Part shown: piece by piece, positions 41,961 to 51,190 of the stretch | Layout of the letters: every line of letters begins with the position of its first letter | Position numbering within the stretch: the stretch's first letter is position 1 | Source: an uncultured Candidatus Binatia bacterium | GTDB lineage: Bacteria > Desulfobacterota > Binatia > UBA9968 > JAJDTQ01 | Direction of reading: 5' to 3' | NCBI GenBank assembly: GCA_964291295.2 | Contig: OZ219754.1 | Coordinates: 864,001-928,000, forward strand | Length of the DNA: 64,000 bases | Position numbers and translations under genes: made by a program | The notes under the pieces: generated by a model | What the model was told of the DNA's origin: nothing | Databases searched by the model: none | The model's input: the letters and a program-made list of their open reading frames with translations, nothing else

Positions 41961-42398
41961 TCAGGCAGGCATTCCCGTGCACGGGGGGCACACGCCGTAG
42001 AGCACCAAATGGTGGCTTTCGAGGTGGAAGCCCTTGGGCGCCAGTTTCGTCAGTTTGTCGGTAGGACACCCCGGGACGTCGAAGACGCCGTGGCACTCGC
42101 GGCACTGGAAGTGGTGGTGGTGCTCCTTGCCGGTGATCTCGTAGCGGGCCGCCTCTCCGGGGATTTTCACCACAGCGAGCGCGCCGTCGGTCATCATGGT
42201 CTGGAGGGTGCGGTACACCGTGGCGATGCCCAGGCCGGGTGCCTTCACTTGCGCGGCTGCCAGGATGTCCCGTGGATTCAAGGGTCGATTGGCTTCCAGC
42301 AGCACGCGCTGGATGACGCTTCGCTGTCTCGTGCGTCTCTTGGCGCGCGGGCGCGTCAAGGGGTCTGTTTTGCCCGAGCGGCTTGTTCGGCTGATCAT
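41961..42398 (-). CDS. Fur-family metalloregulator (Zur-like by context)
   Basis: TRQR..I, GIATVYRTL, HHHHFQCRECH, C-terminal LYGVCPPC; divergent from the metal uptake operon. Confidence 0.9.
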   Translation of the reverse strand: MISRTSRSGKTDPLTRPRAKRRTRQRSVIQRVLLEANRPLNPRDILAAAQVKAPGLGIATVYRTLQTMMTDGALAVVKIPGEAARYEITGKEHHHHFQCRECHGVFDVPGCPTDKLTKLAPKGFHLESHHLVLYGVCPPCTGMPA

Positions 42399-42637
42399 TT
42401 GAACCCCCAAGGCCGGTCCCGGCGGGTGTGCCCGTCGGGCCGGCCTCGTCTCACCCATCCCCGCCGGTTCCGGCAACCCCGCCGGTCGGGCCGTGCGCTC
42501 TGTGGAAGGGCAGTCTTCATTATATCGGCCACGGACCTTCAGGTACACCTGACGGCGCCCGGGTCGCCGTCAGCCTCCTGAGCGGTTTCGCCCGGGCCAT
42601 GCGAGCGGGCCGCGCCGCCGGGTCTGCGGCGGCCACT

Positions 42638-42745
42638 CATGATATTCCATAATCATATACAATAGGCTATTCTCCAACAAACTCGCCTGCTGGTGCATTT
42701 TTTGCTTTCTATTGATATTGATAATCTGTTAGCTTATAAATCAAT
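42638..42745. promoter_or_regulatory. AT-rich divergent promoter with Fur/Zur-box-like sites
   Basis: TGATATTCCATAATCA and GATATTGATAATCTGTTAG partly match Zur/Fur boxes. Confidence 0.5.
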
Positions 42746-42773
42746 CCAACGGTGACTGTCGGAAGGAGATCCC

Positions 42774-44249
42774 ATGAGATGTTTCGCGATCAACAGGGTG
42801 GTTCTTGGCTGCACGGCGTTTCTGCTGTCATGCGGGCTTTCGGTCCTTGCGGGGGCGCAGGAGCCGGTGGACGCACTCAAGCAGCAACTGCGGGAAATGC
42901 AGCAGCAGATGAGCGAATTGATGGAGCGTATCGAGGCGGTGGAGCGGGAGAAAGCTGAGACGGAACGCGTCTCTTCGGTCGAGCAATCGGTAAAGGCGAT
43001 TCAGGAGAGTCCGTCGATCCTGAATCCGTCCATCGGCCTGGCCATCGACACGACACTCGAACACCAGGGTGACACGGACGGAGAGTTCAACCTGCGGTCG
43101 GTGGAACTTGGCTTGGCGGCCGAGATCGACCCGTACGCCCGGGCCTATGCGTTCATCACTGCCAACGAGGATGGCGTCGAGATCGAAGAGGCGGCCGTGC
43201 AGACGACATCTCTGCCGGTCAACGTGACCGCCGGCCGTTTCTTCGCCGATTTTGGCCGTCTGGCCCAGTTCCATCAACACGAGCTTCCGTTCGTCAACAC
43301 GCCCTTGTCCCTCACACGGATGGTTGGCGGAGAGTCCCTGGGCACGGGCGTTCAGTGGAAATGGCTCATGCCGACTCCGTTCTTCCTTTCCTTCAGCGGT
43401 GGCGTGTTCAACGAGATCGGGCACGCGCACGGAGCCCACGACCATGGAGGCGACGCCCACGGTGACGAGGAAGAGGGGCACGAGAACCACGACCATCATG
43501 GCGACAATGATGGCGAGGACGAGGACCACGAGGGTGAGGACGAGGACCACGAGGGTGAGGACGAGGACCACGATGGCGAGGACGAGGACCACGAGGGTGA
43601 GGACGAGGACCACGAGGGTGAGGACGAGGACCACGGGGGTGAGGACGAGGACCACGGGGGTGAGGACGAGGACCACGCGGATACCAGTGGGGGTCGGGCC
43701 CTCCGCGACCTGACATACCTGGGCCGGGTGCATACCTTCTTCGATCTGAGCGAAACCTGGAACCTTGAGCTGGGCTCCTCGGTTGCGTTCACGCCGAGGT
43801 CGGAAGCCGGCCAGGAAGACAGCCGGCGCGCGCTCTTCGGGGCCGACGTGACGCTTCGGCATCGGCCGCTCACGCCCGGCGTTTATGAAGGCCTCACCAT
43901 CGCGGGCGAGTGGCTGACCAACAGGCAGGAGTTCCATGATGTCGGAACCATGACCGCCCGCGGCGGCTACGCCTACGCCAACCTGGACTTCAACCCGGAA
44001 TTTCCGGGCAAGTGGAGCTTCGGTCTGTTGCTGGACTCCGCGCCGAACCTGGAGAAACCCTCCGACAAGACGCTGAGCCTGTCGCCGTACATTTCGTGGT
44101 CGCCCAGCGAGTTCAATCGCCTGCGGCTGCAGTACACCCATGGTTGGGATCAGATCAAAGAAACACCGGGCCACGACGGCGCGCAGGTCTATCTCCAGTG
44201 GACCACCGTTATTGGCAGCCATACACATGGTTTTCGCGAGCGGCATTGA
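42774..44249 (+). CDS. Outer-membrane beta-barrel protein of a Zn/metal uptake locus, with His/Asp/Glu-rich insert
   Basis: Signal peptide, coiled coil, LNPSIG, ELGLAAEIDPY, GRFFADFGRL, SEFNRLRLQY, C-terminal IGSHTHGF. Confidence 0.78.
   Translation: MRCFAINRVVLGCTAFLLSCGLSVLAGAQEPVDALKQQLREMQQQMSELMERIEAVEREKAETERVSSVEQSVKAIQESPSILNPSIGLAIDTTLEHQGDTDGEFNLRSVELGLAAEIDPYARAYAFITANEDGVEIEEAAVQTTSLPVNVTAGRFFADFGRLAQFHQHELPFVNTPLSLTRMVGGESLGTGVQWKWLMPTPFFLSFSGGVFNEIGHAHGAHDHGGDAHGDEEEGHENHDHHGDNDGEDEDHEGEDEDHEGEDEDHDGEDEDHEGEDEDHEGEDEDHGGEDEDHGGEDEDHADTSGGRALRDLTYLGRVHTFFDLSETWNLELGSSVAFTPRSEAGQEDSRRALFGADVTLRHRPLTPGVYEGLTIAGEWLTNRQEFHDVGTMTARGGYAYANLDFNPEFPGKWSFGLLLDSAPNLEKPSDKTLSLSPYISWSPSEFNRLRLQYTHGWDQIKETPGHDGAQVYLQWTTVIGSHTHGFRERH
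43512..43679 (+). repeat. 8 x 21-bp coding tandem repeat (GEDEDHx)
   Basis: GG(T/C)GAGGACGAGGACCACGNN repeated 8 times. Confidence 0.95.
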
Positions 44250-44329
44250 AGCGAGGCAAGGCGGAATCGCCTTGCCGGCCCCTCGCCGCGGGTCGGGCTG
44301 ATCCGACGAGTTCCTGAAACCAGGGAGAC

Positions 44330-45277
44330 ATGCGCATGATGAACATATTCTTGACGAGCACATTCCAACGATGGTGGCCGCTGCCCGCACTGGCGCTGGC
44401 GCTGGTCATGGGGTTCGCGGTTCCGGCGGCAGCAAGGGAGATCCGCGTGGTGACGACCATCCCGGACCTCGCCGACATCACGCGGCAGATCGGTGGTGAG
44501 CAGGTTGCGGTGCGGAGCCTGACGTTGGGCGCCCGGGACATGCACGGCATCCAGGTGAAGCCAAGCATGGTCAGCCTGCTGAGCCGTGCGGACGCGGTGG
44601 TGCTGATGGGGCTTTCGCTGGAGCATTCCTTCCTGCCGGCCCTGCTCGATGTGGCGGCCAACCCGCGGATCGTGCGCGGCGGGGCGGGTTACATCGACAC
44701 CTCTGCCGGCGTCGTTCCTCTGGGGCCGCCCAAGACGCTCTCGCGCAAGGGCGGCGATGTCCATCCCTTGGGCAATCCCCACTACAATCTCGACCCGGTC
44801 CTGGGCAAGCTCATCGCGCGCAACATCGCCGAGGGCCTGTCCAGGGCGGACTCACGGCGGCGTGCCTTCTTCATGAAGAACCTGCAAGCCTACGAAGCGG
44901 AGCTGGACCGGCGCATCACCGGTTGGCAGCGGAGGGCTGCGGGCCTGAAGGGGGTCCGGTTCGTCAACTACCACGACGACATGGCCTACTTCGCCCGGCG
45001 CTACGGCATGCGGCTCTTCGGCACGCTGGAGTTGGCCCCGGGCATCGGGCCGACGCCGGCACACATCGTTCAACTGGTGGAGCGGATGAAGGCCGCCAAG
45101 GTGCCGCTGGTGCTCTACGGCACCTATCCGAGCCGGGTGCCGAAACGCGTGGCCCGGGAGACCGGCGCCGCTCTGGTGCCCGTGCCCTTGTACGTGGGCG
45201 GTGCCCCGGGGGTGGACACGTACGTCGGGTTGATCGACCACCTCGTCACCCGCCTGTCGCAGGCCGTCGCTCGATGA
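44330..45277 (+). CDS. Metal ABC transporter substrate-binding protein (ZnuA/TroA family)
   Basis: VVTTIPDL, DMH, GDVHPLGNPHYNLDP, YHDDMAYFA, PTPAH. Confidence 0.9.
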   Translation: MRMMNIFLTSTFQRWWPLPALALALVMGFAVPAAAREIRVVTTIPDLADITRQIGGEQVAVRSLTLGARDMHGIQVKPSMVSLLSRADAVVLMGLSLEHSFLPALLDVAANPRIVRGGAGYIDTSAGVVPLGPPKTLSRKGGDVHPLGNPHYNLDPVLGKLIARNIAEGLSRADSRRRAFFMKNLQAYEAELDRRITGWQRRAAGLKGVRFVNYHDDMAYFARRYGMRLFGTLELAPGIGPTPAHIVQLVERMKAAKVPLVLYGTYPSRVPKRVARETGAALVPVPLYVGGAPGVDTYVGLIDHLVTRLSQAVAR

Positions 45278-45951
45278 TCGCGGGCGCGGCGTCGGCGCGT
45301 CCGCTTCTGGCGCTCCAACGGGCGCGCCTGGGGTACGGCGGAGAGACGGTGCTCGACCATGTCCACGTGCGCATCGACGCCGGCGAATTCGTCGGGCTGA
45401 CGGGGGCCAACGGCTCCGGCAAGACCACTCTCCTGCGGTCCATGCTGGGGCTGTTGCCGCTGCACGGCGGCAGCGTGGAACGAGAAAACCTGCCGCCCGC
45501 GCGGCTCGGCTACGTGCCCCAGCAACTATCCCTTGACGCCTGGTTCCCGTTGAGCGTGTGGGAGGTGGCGGCCATGGGCGCTTACGGACGCTTGCGTCCC
45601 TGGCGGCGATTTCCCCGGCATGAACGCCAGCGGGTCGATGCGGCCCTGGAACAGGTGGGGCTTGCTTCCCTCCGGCGGGTTCTCTTCTTCCATCTTTCCG
45701 GCGGGCAGCGCCAGCGCGTGCTCATGGCCAGGGCGCTGACGGTGGAGCCGTCGCTGTTGCTGCTCGATGAGCCCTTCGCCGGCGTCGATCGGGCGGCCCG
45801 CGAGGACATCGCGCAGCGACTCGGAGCGATCAACCGGCGCTCGCGTCTGGCCATCGTCCTGTGCAGTCACGACAGCGAACTTCTGGCGCGCGCTTGCGGG
45901 CGCGTGATCCACGTTTCGGACGGGCGCGTGCATGGCAGCGCGCGTGCATGA
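45274..45951 (+). CDS. Metal ABC transporter ATP-binding protein (ZnuC-like)
   Basis: GANGSGKTT, GYVPQ, LSGGQRQRV, LLLDEPFAGVD; ATGA overlap with the binding-protein gene. Confidence 0.9.
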   Translation: MIAGAASARPLLALQRARLGYGGETVLDHVHVRIDAGEFVGLTGANGSGKTTLLRSMLGLLPLHGGSVERENLPPARLGYVPQQLSLDAWFPLSVWEVAAMGAYGRLRPWRRFPRHERQRVDAALEQVGLASLRRVLFFHLSGGQRQRVLMARALTVEPSLLLLDEPFAGVDRAAREDIAQRLGAINRRSRLAIVLCSHDSELLARACGRVIHVSDGRVHGSARA

Positions 45952-45963
45952 GGTCCGTCTGGC

Positions 45964-46875
45964 GTGCTGCAGGCGTTCGCGGAGATACTGGCCCCTTCCT
46001 TCCTGCTCTTCCCGGCGGTGCTGGGAAGCGTGGTCCTCGGACTGGTGTGCCCCGCGGTGGGAGGCTTCCTGGTGCTCCGGCGCAGCGTTCTGCTGGGCTT
46101 GGTGCTGCCTCAGTTGGCGGCTGCGGGCGCGGCGTTCGCCCTGTTTGCGCACGCAGTCGGCCTTGTGCCGCATCCGGGCCACTCCACGGGCCACGCCGGC
46201 CACGCGGGCCAGATGGAGGGCATTCTGGCCTACGGCGGTTCGTTGCTGTTCACCTTCGCGGGCATGGCGCTCCTGGGCCTGACGCACCGGGGCGGCGCCG
46301 GGCGCTCGGAGACGCGGCTGGCCGTGGTCTATGCCTTGGCGGGGTCGCTCACGGTTCTCTTCGTGGCGTTCCACCCCTTTGGCGACGCGGCGATCCTGGG
46401 TCTCGTCAAGGGCGAGGCCGTGGTGCTGTCTTGGGCCGAACTCGCCGGCTTGAGCGCGGTCCATGTGGCGGCGGCGGCGTGCCTTGTACTGTTTCGACGT
46501 GAATTGCTGATGGTGTCGTTCGACCGCGACCTCGCCTTCCTCCTCCGGGGAGGCGTCTCCAGGTGGGACCTGCTCTTCCATCTGACCGCCGGGGTCACCA
46601 TTGCACTGGGCGTCATGATGGCCGGTCCTCTGCTCACCTTCGGCCTGCTGATGCTCCCGCCCATCGCCGCGCGGCCCCTGGTGTCGCGGATGGCGCCGTG
46701 GTTCATCGCATCGTCGCTCGCGGGTGCCGGCATCGGTGTCACCGGCTTCGCTGTCGCCTACCGGTTCGACGTGCCGCTGGGTCCTGCGGTGCTGACCCTG
46801 GGCTGTGGGCTGGTGCTGGCGGTTCACGCCCTGGCGCGGCTGTTGGTACGTCTCATGAAGGGCCTAGCATTTTGA
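45964..46875 (+). CDS. Metal ABC transporter permease (ZnuB-like)
   Basis: GGFLVLRR, RELLMVSFDRDLA, GPLLTFGLLMLPP, DVPLGP; last ~12 codons lie inside cassette B. Confidence 0.88.
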   Translation: MLQAFAEILAPSFLLFPAVLGSVVLGLVCPAVGGFLVLRRSVLLGLVLPQLAAAGAAFALFAHAVGLVPHPGHSTGHAGHAGQMEGILAYGGSLLFTFAGMALLGLTHRGGAGRSETRLAVVYALAGSLTVLFVAFHPFGDAAILGLVKGEAVVLSWAELAGLSAVHVAAAACLVLFRRELLMVSFDRDLAFLLRGGVSRWDLLFHLTAGVTIALGVMMAGPLLTFGLLMLPPIAARPLVSRMAPWFIASSLAGAGIGVTGFAVAYRFDVPLGPAVLTLGCGLVLAVHALARLLVRLMKGLAF

Positions 46876-47301
46876 GATTTTGAGGAAGATGGATTGACGG
46901 ATGTGGTCCGGACGAAAGGCCTGGGATTGGCATTGTGGCCAGCCAAGGAGTGCTTGATGGCCACAATCCGTTCCGGGACGCTGCGAAAGACACCGCGGCG
47001 CAGACGTTGGGGAGTCAGCTTTGCGAACCCACTTTCGACGAGATTGAGCCAGGAGGTGCGGGTGGGCGTGAAATGGAGTCGGAATCGCGGGTGAGCAGCC
47101 AGCCACCGGCGCAGCGCTTCATGCCGGTGAGTTCCATGATTGTCCAGGATGATGTGCCGGGTCGGGTCGCGCGGGAAGGCACGGTGGAGGCGCCGCAGGA
47201 ACTTCAGGAACTCCTGATGCCGATACGGACCGATGAAGGCGCTTCGTCCAGGTACGACCGCCCCCGACCGTGCCGCGGCCGGCCCGCTGGCGGCCACGGT
47301 C

Positions 47302-47589
47302 TCAGCGCCCGGGCGTGGCGGCCAGCACCTCGTCGAGGCTCGCCGCCACCAGCACGGCCTCCGCCCAGGCCTCCAGTTCGGAGGCCGACGCACGGCGAAC
47401 CCGCTCGCCCACCGCGTCCGGCACATCACCGAAGCGCAACGCCAGTTGACGAAGAAGAAGTTCCGCCAAGGCCTGTATCCGGCCTCGTTCGATTCCCTTC
47501 TCCATTCCCTCGGCCCTTCCTTCAGCTCTTCCCCGTTCGATTCCCTGTTCGATTCCCTGTTCGATCCAGGCTTGCGCGACTGTGCCCAT
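47302..47589 (-). CDS. Putative intragenic small Rpn (RpnS-type), 95 aa
   Basis: GGGAGG RBS before the in-frame ATG of MGTVAQAW is conserved. Confidence 0.6.
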   Translation of the reverse strand: MGTVAQAWIEQGIEQGIERGRAEGRAEGMEKGIERGRIQALAELLLRQLALRFGDVPDAVGERVRRASASELEAWAEAVLVAASLDEVLAATPGR

Positions 47590-48315
47590 CAGTGCCTCCC
47601 AACGGTCCGGCTTTGTCCGGCGCAGCGACGCCTCCAGCAAGGGCGGCGTCAGGTTCATGCACTCGGCCATGTAACGCACAATATGACGCTCGAACGCGCT
47701 CCCCGCAACCGGCCCGCCCGTCATCTGGTCCAGAAGATCCGTCGGTATGTCCTCGGCATATACCACCTTGAGTGCCAGAAGCCCGGCCCGCACTTCGGGC
47801 GAGACCGACAACCGCCTTGGCGCAATCTCGCCAAGGTCATGCAGCACATAGGCGAACTCCCTGACGAAAGGCTCCAACTCCCCGGGCGCGTCGATCATCC
47901 CCGGCACCGAGGGCGCCGCGGTCCAGCGGCCCCGACCGTGGTAGAAAACCAGCGGAATGATCGCCGGCAGCCGGTCCCCGGCGGCGCCATTCTCGACCTC
48001 GCGGCGCCAGATGTTGACCATGTATTTCAGGAGTTGGAGCGGCGTGTCCGCGTCGACGCGGCTCTTGTGTTCGAGCAGCACATAGAGCCGCGCATCGTGG
48101 CCGCTCCTCAGTCTCACCCGGAACAGCGCATCGCACTGGGTCCGCGCGGCGTCCTCGTCCACGAAGTGGCCCTCCACCGCCTCGGGCGGGGCCTCGGGGT
48201 CGAGAAGAGCGGCGACTTCTTGCGGCAGGTATTGCGCCAGCAGCGCGGCGGCGCGGGCCGGCTCGGAGACCAGTGCCCGGAACAGCGCATCGTGCGGCGT
48301 CGTCGGAAGGCTCAC
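47302..48315 (-). CDS. Rpn (YhgA-like) nuclease, second copy
   Basis: Near-identical to 22042-23007 with a 16-aa longer EGR/EKG repeat block. Confidence 0.92.
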   Translation of the reverse strand: MSLPTTPHDALFRALVSEPARAAALLAQYLPQEVAALLDPEAPPEAVEGHFVDEDAARTQCDALFRVRLRSGHDARLYVLLEHKSRVDADTPLQLLKYMVNIWRREVENGAAGDRLPAIIPLVFYHGRGRWTAAPSVPGMIDAPGELEPFVREFAYVLHDLGEIAPRRLSVSPEVRAGLLALKVVYAEDIPTDLLDQMTGGPVAGSAFERHIVRYMAECMNLTPPLLEASLRRTKPDRWEALMGTVAQAWIEQGIEQGIERGRAEGRAEGMEKGIERGRIQALAELLLRQLALRFGDVPDAVGERVRRASASELEAWAEAVLVAASLDEVLAATPGR

Positions 48316-48481
48316 CGGGCGGGTTCCCCGGCGTCTTTCGCAGCGTCCCGGAACGGATTGCCGCCATCAAGCACTACCTGGCTTGCCACAATGCCAATCC
48401 CAAGCCTTTCGTCCGGAATACATCCGTCCACTCCATCCTGCGCAAGATCGCAGATTGTAAGGCCATTCATGAGACACACCA

Positions 48482-49891
48482 CTAGGGACATGGCTCCGGC
48501 GCTGACGGGCCGCGTCGCCCGGCGTCGCGGAACGCCTCCTCGGTGCAGGCTGTCAGCAGCCGGTCATGGGCGTGGTCCGGGGCGAAGACGCGGAACTTGA
48601 CGATCTTGGAGGGGATGTAGGCGAACAGCTCGGCCATGGACTCCTTGGTGATGACGCCGGTGGCCGGATCGTAGGTGTGAATCTGCTTCTTTCCCATGGC
48701 CATGGGGTTTTCCGGACGGGAATCCTGGCTCGCGATGTCCACGTGGTACACCAGGCTCCGTTGCGCCTCGGGCAGGGCCGCGCGGATCAGGCTCTCCCAC
48801 CGGGGAACCTCGATGGCGTCGAGCCCGCTCTCCAATTCCGCCGCCGAGAGGGTTCGCTCGCAAGCCAGCCGCCACTTGAGGTCGCGGTCGAGGATGCGGC
48901 CCCATTCGCGTCCCAGGGAGATGCCGAGACGGCGCCAGCGGGACACCTCCTGCAGCAGCGACCCGTCGGTCAGATTCAGGTACGACTCCATGTTGTCCAA
49001 GGGGTTGCCCGGTGCGATGCGGGCCATGGTTTCCGGGAACAACTCCTGGAGGTGCACGTCGATGGCTCGGGTGGTGCGGTGGAAGTAGACGTTCTCATAG
49101 AGGTATTTGCGCGCGTTCAGGAACATGGTGAGGGCGCCCTCGCCGGAACGGTGCAGGGTCAGCCCCTTGGGCGAGATGAAGGTGTAGTGGATGAGCCTTT
49201 CGCGGTCGATGGGGCCCACCGAGACCCCGCACATGTAGGAGTCGCGCGACACGTAGTCGAGGTTGTCGAAGGTGAAGATGCCGTTGGTGAGGGGCTGAAG
49301 GAAGCGCAGCCACAGGGGCCTGGCGGGGTCGTCCGCGGAGTCCTTCTTGATGGGAAAGGCGATGTCGTCGGGGTCGAGCGCTTCTCCGTCGGCAAAGCGC
49401 CCCGACGGGCTGCGGCGGATGCGGCGGATGATGTCGCCGAGATGCTCGCGGATGATGACCTGGGAGATGTCTTCGTGGATCAGGCCGTACTGGCTCAGGA
49501 AGTGGTTGTCGAAAAAATGACAGAAGGGGCCGTGGCCGACATCGTGCAGCAGTCCGGTGACCCGCATGTACTCTTCCACGCAGGCGGCGGAAGGGCACGC
49601 GTCGCCCAGTACCCGGCGCAGCGACGGGTAGAGGCTGCGGGCAAAGGCGCCGGCGAGGTGCATGGCCCCCAGACAGTGCTGGAAACGGCTGTGCTCCGCC
49701 GAGGGATAGACCCAGCGGGCGCTCTGAAGCTGGAATATGTAGCGAAGGCGCTGGAACCAGGGGGAATCGATCAGGTTCTTTTCCGTGACCTCGTCCGGAT
49801 CCTCGGGGACGGTGAAAGGGATGTAACGGTGGATCGGGTCGGCGATGAGGGAGCACCCCGAGTACGCCTCACGCGCCCCGTCGGCGGTCAC
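48482..49891 (-). CDS. HD-domain phosphohydrolase (SAMHD1/dNTPase-like)
   Basis: DPIH, FQRLRYI.QL, YPSAEHSRFQH.LG, LLHDVGHGPF.H, D.LDY..RDS; GTG start overlaps the archease stop. Confidence 0.88.
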   Translation of the reverse strand: MTADGAREAYSGCSLIADPIHRYIPFTVPEDPDEVTEKNLIDSPWFQRLRYIFQLQSARWVYPSAEHSRFQHCLGAMHLAGAFARSLYPSLRRVLGDACPSAACVEEYMRVTGLLHDVGHGPFCHFFDNHFLSQYGLIHEDISQVIIREHLGDIIRRIRRSPSGRFADGEALDPDDIAFPIKKDSADDPARPLWLRFLQPLTNGIFTFDNLDYVSRDSYMCGVSVGPIDRERLIHYTFISPKGLTLHRSGEGALTMFLNARKYLYENVYFHRTTRAIDVHLQELFPETMARIAPGNPLDNMESYLNLTDGSLLQEVSRWRRLGISLGREWGRILDRDLKWRLACERTLSAAELESGLDAIEVPRWESLIRAALPEAQRSLVYHVDIASQDSRPENPMAMGKKQIHTYDPATGVITKESMAELFAYIPSKIVKFRVFAPDHAHDRLLTACTEEAFRDAGRRGPSAPEPCP

Positions 49892-50316
49892 AGCTCGAAA
49901 CCCACCTGCGCGGTCCACTGGGCGCCCATCTTGCCCAAGTGGCTCACGCGCTCGGCCACAGCGCCGATGGCCTCGCGCTCCTCGTGACGGTCGGGATCGA
50001 ACTTCTCGCCCCGCGCCTCGGCATGCACGAAGAATTCGCCGGCCTTGCGCACGTCGAATTCCTTCAACACGTACCCGCTGGCCTGGTACTCGTAGAGCAG
50101 TTCGCGTATCCAGTTGACCATCAGGTCGTCGTTGTCGAGCCCTTCCACCTCAAGGATGACGCTCTCGCGCACCTCCACGGTGTCCGGGTCCACCAACAGG
50201 TCGAACAGCGCAGTTCCGGCGTCCGCGAGAATCTGCGGCAGCGAATCGCCGGAGAGCCGGATGCTCAGCTCCGACGACTTCCGAATCACTCTGTATTTCT
50301 TGTTCCCGTCCGCCAT
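49888..50316 (-). CDS. Archease-family protein (divergent)
   Basis: 142 aa; G.SL..IL..AG.ALFDL, DLMVNWIRELLY, ARGEKFDPDRH, WTAQV.F.L. Confidence 0.75.
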   Translation of the reverse strand: MADGNKKYRVIRKSSELSIRLSGDSLPQILADAGTALFDLLVDPDTVEVRESVILEVEGLDNDDLMVNWIRELLYEYQASGYVLKEFDVRKAGEFFVHAEARGEKFDPDRHEEREAIGAVAERVSHLGKMGAQWTAQVGFEL

Positions 50317-50434
50317 CGTCGTGTTACCTTGAGCCCCCCCTGTCCCCGGCCGCCGCTCTTGCCGAAACCGTGGATCCCGGGCCTCCTTCAGTCTCGCACA
50401 AACAGGCGGAGGTGCACAGGGCCGTTGCGGGACG

Positions 50435-51184
50435 TCAGTCCCGGTTGATCAGCGAGGCCGCGAAGCCGGCGCCGAAGCCATTGTCGACGTTCACTACCGT
50501 CACTCCCGCGGCGCAGGAGTTGAGCATGGCCAGCAGCGCCGCCAGGCCGCCGAAGCTGGCGCCGTAGCCGATGCTGGTGGGCACGGCGATGACCGGCCGC
50601 CGGACCAGCCCGGCCACCACGCTGGGCAGGGCGCCTTCCATGCCCGCAACCACGATGAGCAGCGCCGCCTCGGAGAGTTGCCGGTGGTGGCTCAGCAGCC
50701 GGTGCAGGCCGGCGACGCCGACGTCGTAGATCCGTTCCACCCGGTTGTCCATGATCTCGCTGGTCACCGCGGCCTCCTCCGCCACCGGTATGTCGGAGGT
50801 GCCGGCGCACACCACCGCGATGGTCCCCTTGCCCTTGTGCGGGGCCTCCCGGGCGCGCCAGGTGGCGCACCGGGCCTGGCGGTGGAAACGGAAACCCCGG
50901 AGGCGCCGCCGCAGGGCGTCCATCTTGTCCCCGGACAGCCGGGTGATGAGCACGTTCACGCCCCGCTTCCGGATGGCCCGGGCGATCTCGACGATGTCCG
51001 GGACTTCCTTGCCTTCGCCCATGATGACCTCGGGAAACCCCTGCCGCAAGGCCCGGTGATGGTCCACCTTGGCAAACCCCAGATCCTCGAAGGGAAGGTG
51101 ACGGAGCCGCTTCAGCGCCTCCTCGACAGGAACCTGGCCGTGCCGCACGTCTTCCAGGAGAGCTGCGAGTCTCTCTTCGTCCAT
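50435..51184 (-). CDS. larB: Nickel-pincer cofactor biosynthesis protein LarB (PurE-like)
   Basis: AKVDHHRALRQGFPEVI, AGTSDIPVAEEA, DVGVAGLHRL, VPTSIGYGA, VNVDNGFGA. Confidence 0.92.
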   Translation of the reverse strand: MDEERLAALLEDVRHGQVPVEEALKRLRHLPFEDLGFAKVDHHRALRQGFPEVIMGEGKEVPDIVEIARAIRKRGVNVLITRLSGDKMDALRRRLRGFRFHRQARCATWRAREAPHKGKGTIAVVCAGTSDIPVAEEAAVTSEIMDNRVERIYDVGVAGLHRLLSHHRQLSEAALLIVVAGMEGALPSVVAGLVRRPVIAVPTSIGYGASFGGLAALLAMLNSCAAGVTVVNVDNGFGAGFAASLINRD

Positions 51185-51190
51185 GGCGCC

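Larger units (their letters stand above)
46840..48485. mobile_element. Non-autonomous IS630-end/Rpn cassette, copy B (inverted relative to A)
   Basis: Same internal junctions as copy A; ends CTGTTGGTACGTCTCATGAAGG... and ...CATTCATGAGACACACCACTAG. Confidence 0.78.

Noticed and set aside
43512-43679. Regular repeat array as a possible CRISPR
   Set aside because: Contiguous 21-bp in-frame coding units with no unique spacers and no cas genes
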